A DNA stretch of 64,000 nucleotides, taken from positions 3,039-67,038 of the forward strand of contig CAZWDM010000002.1 in assembly GCA_964632415.1 (NCBI GenBank). The letters run 5' to 3'. Positions 61,213 to 64,000 of the stretch are shown one piece after another. The notes beneath the pieces are model-generated. The model did no database searches. It worked only from the letters and a program-made list of their open reading frames with translations, and was not told where the DNA came from. The stretch is from an uncultured Dehalococcoidia bacterium. Its GTDB lineage: Bacteria > Chloroflexota > Dehalococcoidia > Lucifugimonadales > JADFKI01. The position numbers and the translations under genes are program-made. Each line of letters starts with the position of its first letter. Within the stretch, counting starts at the first letter, position 1.

Positions 61213-63429
61213 GTGTTTGAAAAACTCGTCGAAAAAATCAAGGATCGTCTTCCCGACCGTGGGACCGAAAAGGAGCCCGAACCGCCGCCGACTCTGCCCC
61301 CGCTGTTCATGATCTCCTGCGTCGAGGACGACGGGGCGGTGCGCGCCGACGGCCGGAAGCTGGCGATCTGCGAGGTCCTCGGCCTCGAGATCGACGAGCC
61401 AGGGATCGGCGCGTTCGCAGGCGCGCTCAACGCCTGCGACTTTCCGGTGCAGATGCTGGTCCGGCAGCACCCGCCCCGCCTCGAGGGCCTGCGGGCCGAA
61501 CTCGAGCGCGCCCAGCCCGACCGGCTGTCGAAGCGCGCCGTCGCAGCCGCCGCGTCCACGCGTCGGCTGCTCGCGGATCTCGAGACCCGCGACGGCATCC
61601 TGGACCGGAGGTTCTACGCCGTGTGCGATTTCGACAACGCCGAAACGCTGCGCGGCCTGCTCGTGAGGGCCGGGCTGACGGTCCATTCCCTCGAGGGCCG
61701 GACGCTTCGCATGCTGGTTCTCGCCGCCGCTCTGGGCGGTGCGCCGGGTGACAGAGACGCGGACGCGCCGGTCGAAGCCGTCCTCGGGCGGCGCGACCTG
61801 ATGATCGACGGACGGCTCGCCCGATCGCTGCACCTCGGGCGCTGGCCGCGCAACCTGGCGCCGGGCTTCCTGCAGGGACTGATGGCCGCCGGCGCGCCCA
61901 TGGACCTCGCCGTCCACCTCGGACCCATTCCGGCCGAGCAGGCCGCCCGGACCCTCGAATGGCAGAAGGTGCGCTTCGAGTCGGCGCGATCCATGACCTC
62001 CCGACGCGGACGCAGTCCGTCGCCCGAAACCGAGATCGCGCTCGAGGACGTCGACCGCCTGCGCGACGAGGTCCAGCGGGGCAGGGAACGGCTCTTCCAC
62101 GCCTCGCTCTCGGTCACCCTCCACGCCAACGACCGGGAGACGCTCGACGAGATGACGCGGCGCGCGACCGCGCATTTCGCCGCCGCGCTCGGAAAACTCG
62201 ACGCCTTGGCATTCCGGCAACGGGAAGGCGTGCTGTCGACGATGCCGCTGGCCCTCAACGCCGTGGCCGTGTGGCGGACGCTGGACACCTCCAGCGTCGC
62301 CAGGCTGTTCCCCTTCTCGCCGCCCGATCTCGACACCAGGAGCGGGACGCTGCAGGGCATCGACCTGCGGGCGCGCGCCCCGATCGTGTACGACCCGTGG
62401 GACGGGACCCATCTCAACGCGAACACCGCGGTGCTCGCCCGGTCCGGATCCGGTAAGTCGTTCGCGACCAAGCTCGGCGTCCTGCGCGGCCTCTGCCGCG
62501 GGGTGGTGTGCTACGTGATCGACCCCGAAGGCGAGTACGCGGCCATGGCCCGCGACGCGGGCGGGAGAGTAGTCTCCCCGGGAGTGCCCGGGGAGGGGCT
62601 CAACCCCTTCGTCATAGACCACCGCGATCCGGAGGAGCTTCTCCAAAGGATCGGAAGCCTCAGACGGCTGGTCGAAGTCATGGTCGGGGAACGTCTTGGC
62701 GCCGAAACCCGCGCCTCGCTCGACCACGCCCTCGCCGGATACTACGCGAAGACTGAGGGACGCACCGGGTTCCAAGGGTTCTACGCGCATCTCGAGGAGG
62801 AGAGCGATCCCACCATCGCGAGGCTGCTCAGGCCGTTCGCGACGGGAAGCCTCCGGCATCTCCTCTCCGACGAGGGCGGCGACCTTCTCGCGGACGAGGC
62901 GCCGGTGACCGTCTTCGATCTCAAGCTGCTAGAGCCCGAGCTGCGGCCGGCGGCCGCCATGGTGTGCACAGAGACCGTCTGGGCCGCGGCAGCGGGAAAC
63001 CCCAAGCCCAGGCTGCTGGTCGTCGACGAGGTGTGGAGCATCATGCAGCATCCGGAGGGCGCGGCGTTCATGGTCAGCATGGCCAAGCGCGCCCGCAAGC
63101 ACCGGCTCGGCCTTCAGTTCATCACCCAGGACGTGCAGGACCTCCTTTCCGAGGACACCTCGCGCACCATCACCGGGCACTCCGGGCGCGCGCTTCTTCA
63201 GAACGCCGCCTTCAAGCTGCTGCTCCAGCAAGACGCCGCGGCCGTCTCAACGGTGGGAGACGCGTTCGATCTGCCCGAGGAGCTTCAGAGGTGGCTGCTT
63301 TCCTGCCCGCGCGGCGACGGCCTGCTCCTCGCCCGCGGCAGCCGTTTCCCGGTGCGCATCGAAGCCTCGCCGGAAGAGGCGAGCGTCGTCGACTACCAGC
63401 CGGGAAGGCGCGGCGGCGACGAGGACTAG
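61213..63429 (+). CDS. virB4: VirB4-family T4SS ATPase
   Basis: Walker A LARSGSGKSFATK and Walker B PRLLVVDEVWSIM. GTG 61213 follows AGGAGAAAG. Confidence 0.85.
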   Translation: MFEKLVEKIKDRLPDRGTEKEPEPPPTLPPLFMISCVEDDGAVRADGRKLAICEVLGLEIDEPGIGAFAGALNACDFPVQMLVRQHPPRLEGLRAELERAQPDRLSKRAVAAAASTRRLLADLETRDGILDRRFYAVCDFDNAETLRGLLVRAGLTVHSLEGRTLRMLVLAAALGGAPGDRDADAPVEAVLGRRDLMIDGRLARSLHLGRWPRNLAPGFLQGLMAAGAPMDLAVHLGPIPAEQAARTLEWQKVRFESARSMTSRRGRSPSPETEIALEDVDRLRDEVQRGRERLFHASLSVTLHANDRETLDEMTRRATAHFAAALGKLDALAFRQREGVLSTMPLALNAVAVWRTLDTSSVARLFPFSPPDLDTRSGTLQGIDLRARAPIVYDPWDGTHLNANTAVLARSGSGKSFATKLGVLRGLCRGVVCYVIDPEGEYAAMARDAGGRVVSPGVPGEGLNPFVIDHRDPEELLQRIGSLRRLVEVMVGERLGAETRASLDHALAGYYAKTEGRTGFQGFYAHLEEESDPTIARLLRPFATGSLRHLLSDEGGDLLADEAPVTVFDLKLLEPELRPAAAMVCTETVWAAAAGNPKPRLLVVDEVWSIMQHPEGAAFMVSMAKRARKHRLGLQFITQDVQDLLSEDTSRTITGHSGRALLQNAAFKLLLQQDAAAVSTVGDAFDLPEELQRWLLSCPRGDGLLLARGSRFPVRIEASPEEASVVDYQPGRRGGDED

Positions 63430-63463
63430 CCACGTTCGGAAACGCAGCCCGAGGACATGCCAA

Positions 63464-64000
63464 ATGAGATTCGACGCGTTCAAGCTCTCGGACCCACGAC
63501 CTGAACCCGCGCCGTGCTCCCTCTTGTCGGTAACGCCGCCCCGGTCCGGTGAGCGCACGCTCGTCGGCGTCGAGAACATGCTCCAGTCGATCTCTTCGCC
63601 GGAGCCGTTCTCCCTCGACGTGGCGGCCGACGCGGACGGAGCGACCCTCATGGTCAGGTGCACCGCGAAGGAGGTGGTGCGCGGCCAGATCGCCGCCCAC
63701 TACCCGCAGGCGATCGTGGAGGACGTCGAGCGCAGGGGCGACCCGCTGCGCGTCCGGGCCGACGAGAGGGCCGCGAGCGTGTCGCTGAGGTCCGGCGGAC
63801 CCGAGCACGCCCCGCTGCGGACCTTCCGGGACCGCGACCTGCTCGATCCCGGCTCCGACCCGTTCATCGGAGTCCTCGGCGCGATGTCGCCGCTCGCCCC
63901 GGGCGAACGCATCGTCGCTCAGCTCCTGCTCCGGCCGCTCCCGCCCGACTGGTCCTTCAGGCACGTCGGGGAAGCGCACGAGACGCCCGCGTCCAAGACC
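63464..64000 (+). CDS. T4SS-associated protein, 5' part only (possible coupling-protein N-terminus)
   Basis: I hand-translated from ATG 63464, and the frame is open to the window end (MRFDAFKLSDPRPEP...VENMLQSISSPEPFSLDV...AAHYPQAIVEDV). It is not in the ORF track because no stop is reached. Confidence 0.45.
   Translation, partial: MRFDAFKLSDPRPEPAPCSLLSVTPPRSGERTLVGVENMLQSISSPEPFSLDVAADADGATLMVRCTAKEVVRGQIAAHYPQAIVEDVERRGDPLRVRADERAASVSLRSGGPEHAPLRTFRDRDLLDPGSDPFIGVLGAMSPLAPGERIVAQLLLRPLPPDWSFRHVGEAHETPASKT

Larger units (their letters stand above)
21291..64000. mobile_element. Conjugative element (ICE or plasmid-derived) backbone with embedded cargo, partial
   Basis: PRTRC cassette, DUF2958, SNF2 helicase with methyltransferase, SSB, Rad52-like protein and primase at 21.3-34.7 kb. 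VirB6/VirB3/VirB4-like T4SS genes at 57.1-64 kb. Lower-GC cargo lies between them. No integrase or relaxase is visible in the window, so the boundaries are unknown. Confidence 0.6.

Overview
High-GC bacterial DNA that reads as a mosaic of mobile-element backbone and defence cargo. I saw no rRNA, tRNA or CRISPR array by eye. Left to right: (1) a one-polypeptide two-component protein, with a sensor kinase, receiver and OmpR-type output fused together. (2) A block of small HTH regulators. (3) An XRE/ImmA-like pair directly upstream of a non-canonical mutagenesis cassette (SRAP, ImuB, a small ORF, DnaE2). (4) A type II CBASS operon (CapH, CapP, patatin CapV, CD-NTase, Cap2 E2-E1 fusion) with no Cap3 and a 17-nt operator-like site present twice. 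(5) An AbiEi/AbiEii pair whose toxin gene has an in-frame TGA, followed by a possible HEPN protein and membrane proteins. (6) A very GC-rich conjugative-element backbone, all on the minus strand. It carries a complete ubiquitin-like cassette of the PRTRC type (Ubl, E2-like, JAB, ThiF E1), an SNF2 helicase with a methyltransferase, SSB, a Cas4-like nuclease, a TSCPD protein, a Rad52-like annealase and a primase. (7) About 1 kb with no convincing ORF. (8) A visibly lower-GC cargo of about 20 kb. It holds a PLD nuclease, decayed defence genes, an NYN-domain pair, and an Ssp phosphorothioation locus: divergent sspA plus a six-gene minus-strand operon, sspBCD followed by GIY-YIG, DGQHR and SNF2 genes. 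(9) A type IV secretion block on the plus strand that runs off the window. A roughly 225-nt structured repeat occurs twice plus a truncated third copy, and the third copy ends in a 36-bp perfect palindrome. The most interesting candidates are the Ubl cassette on the element backbone, the ImmA/XRE-linked mutasome and CBASS, the repeat family, and the Ssp-linked three-gene module. All calls come from motif reading only. No searches or computations were run.
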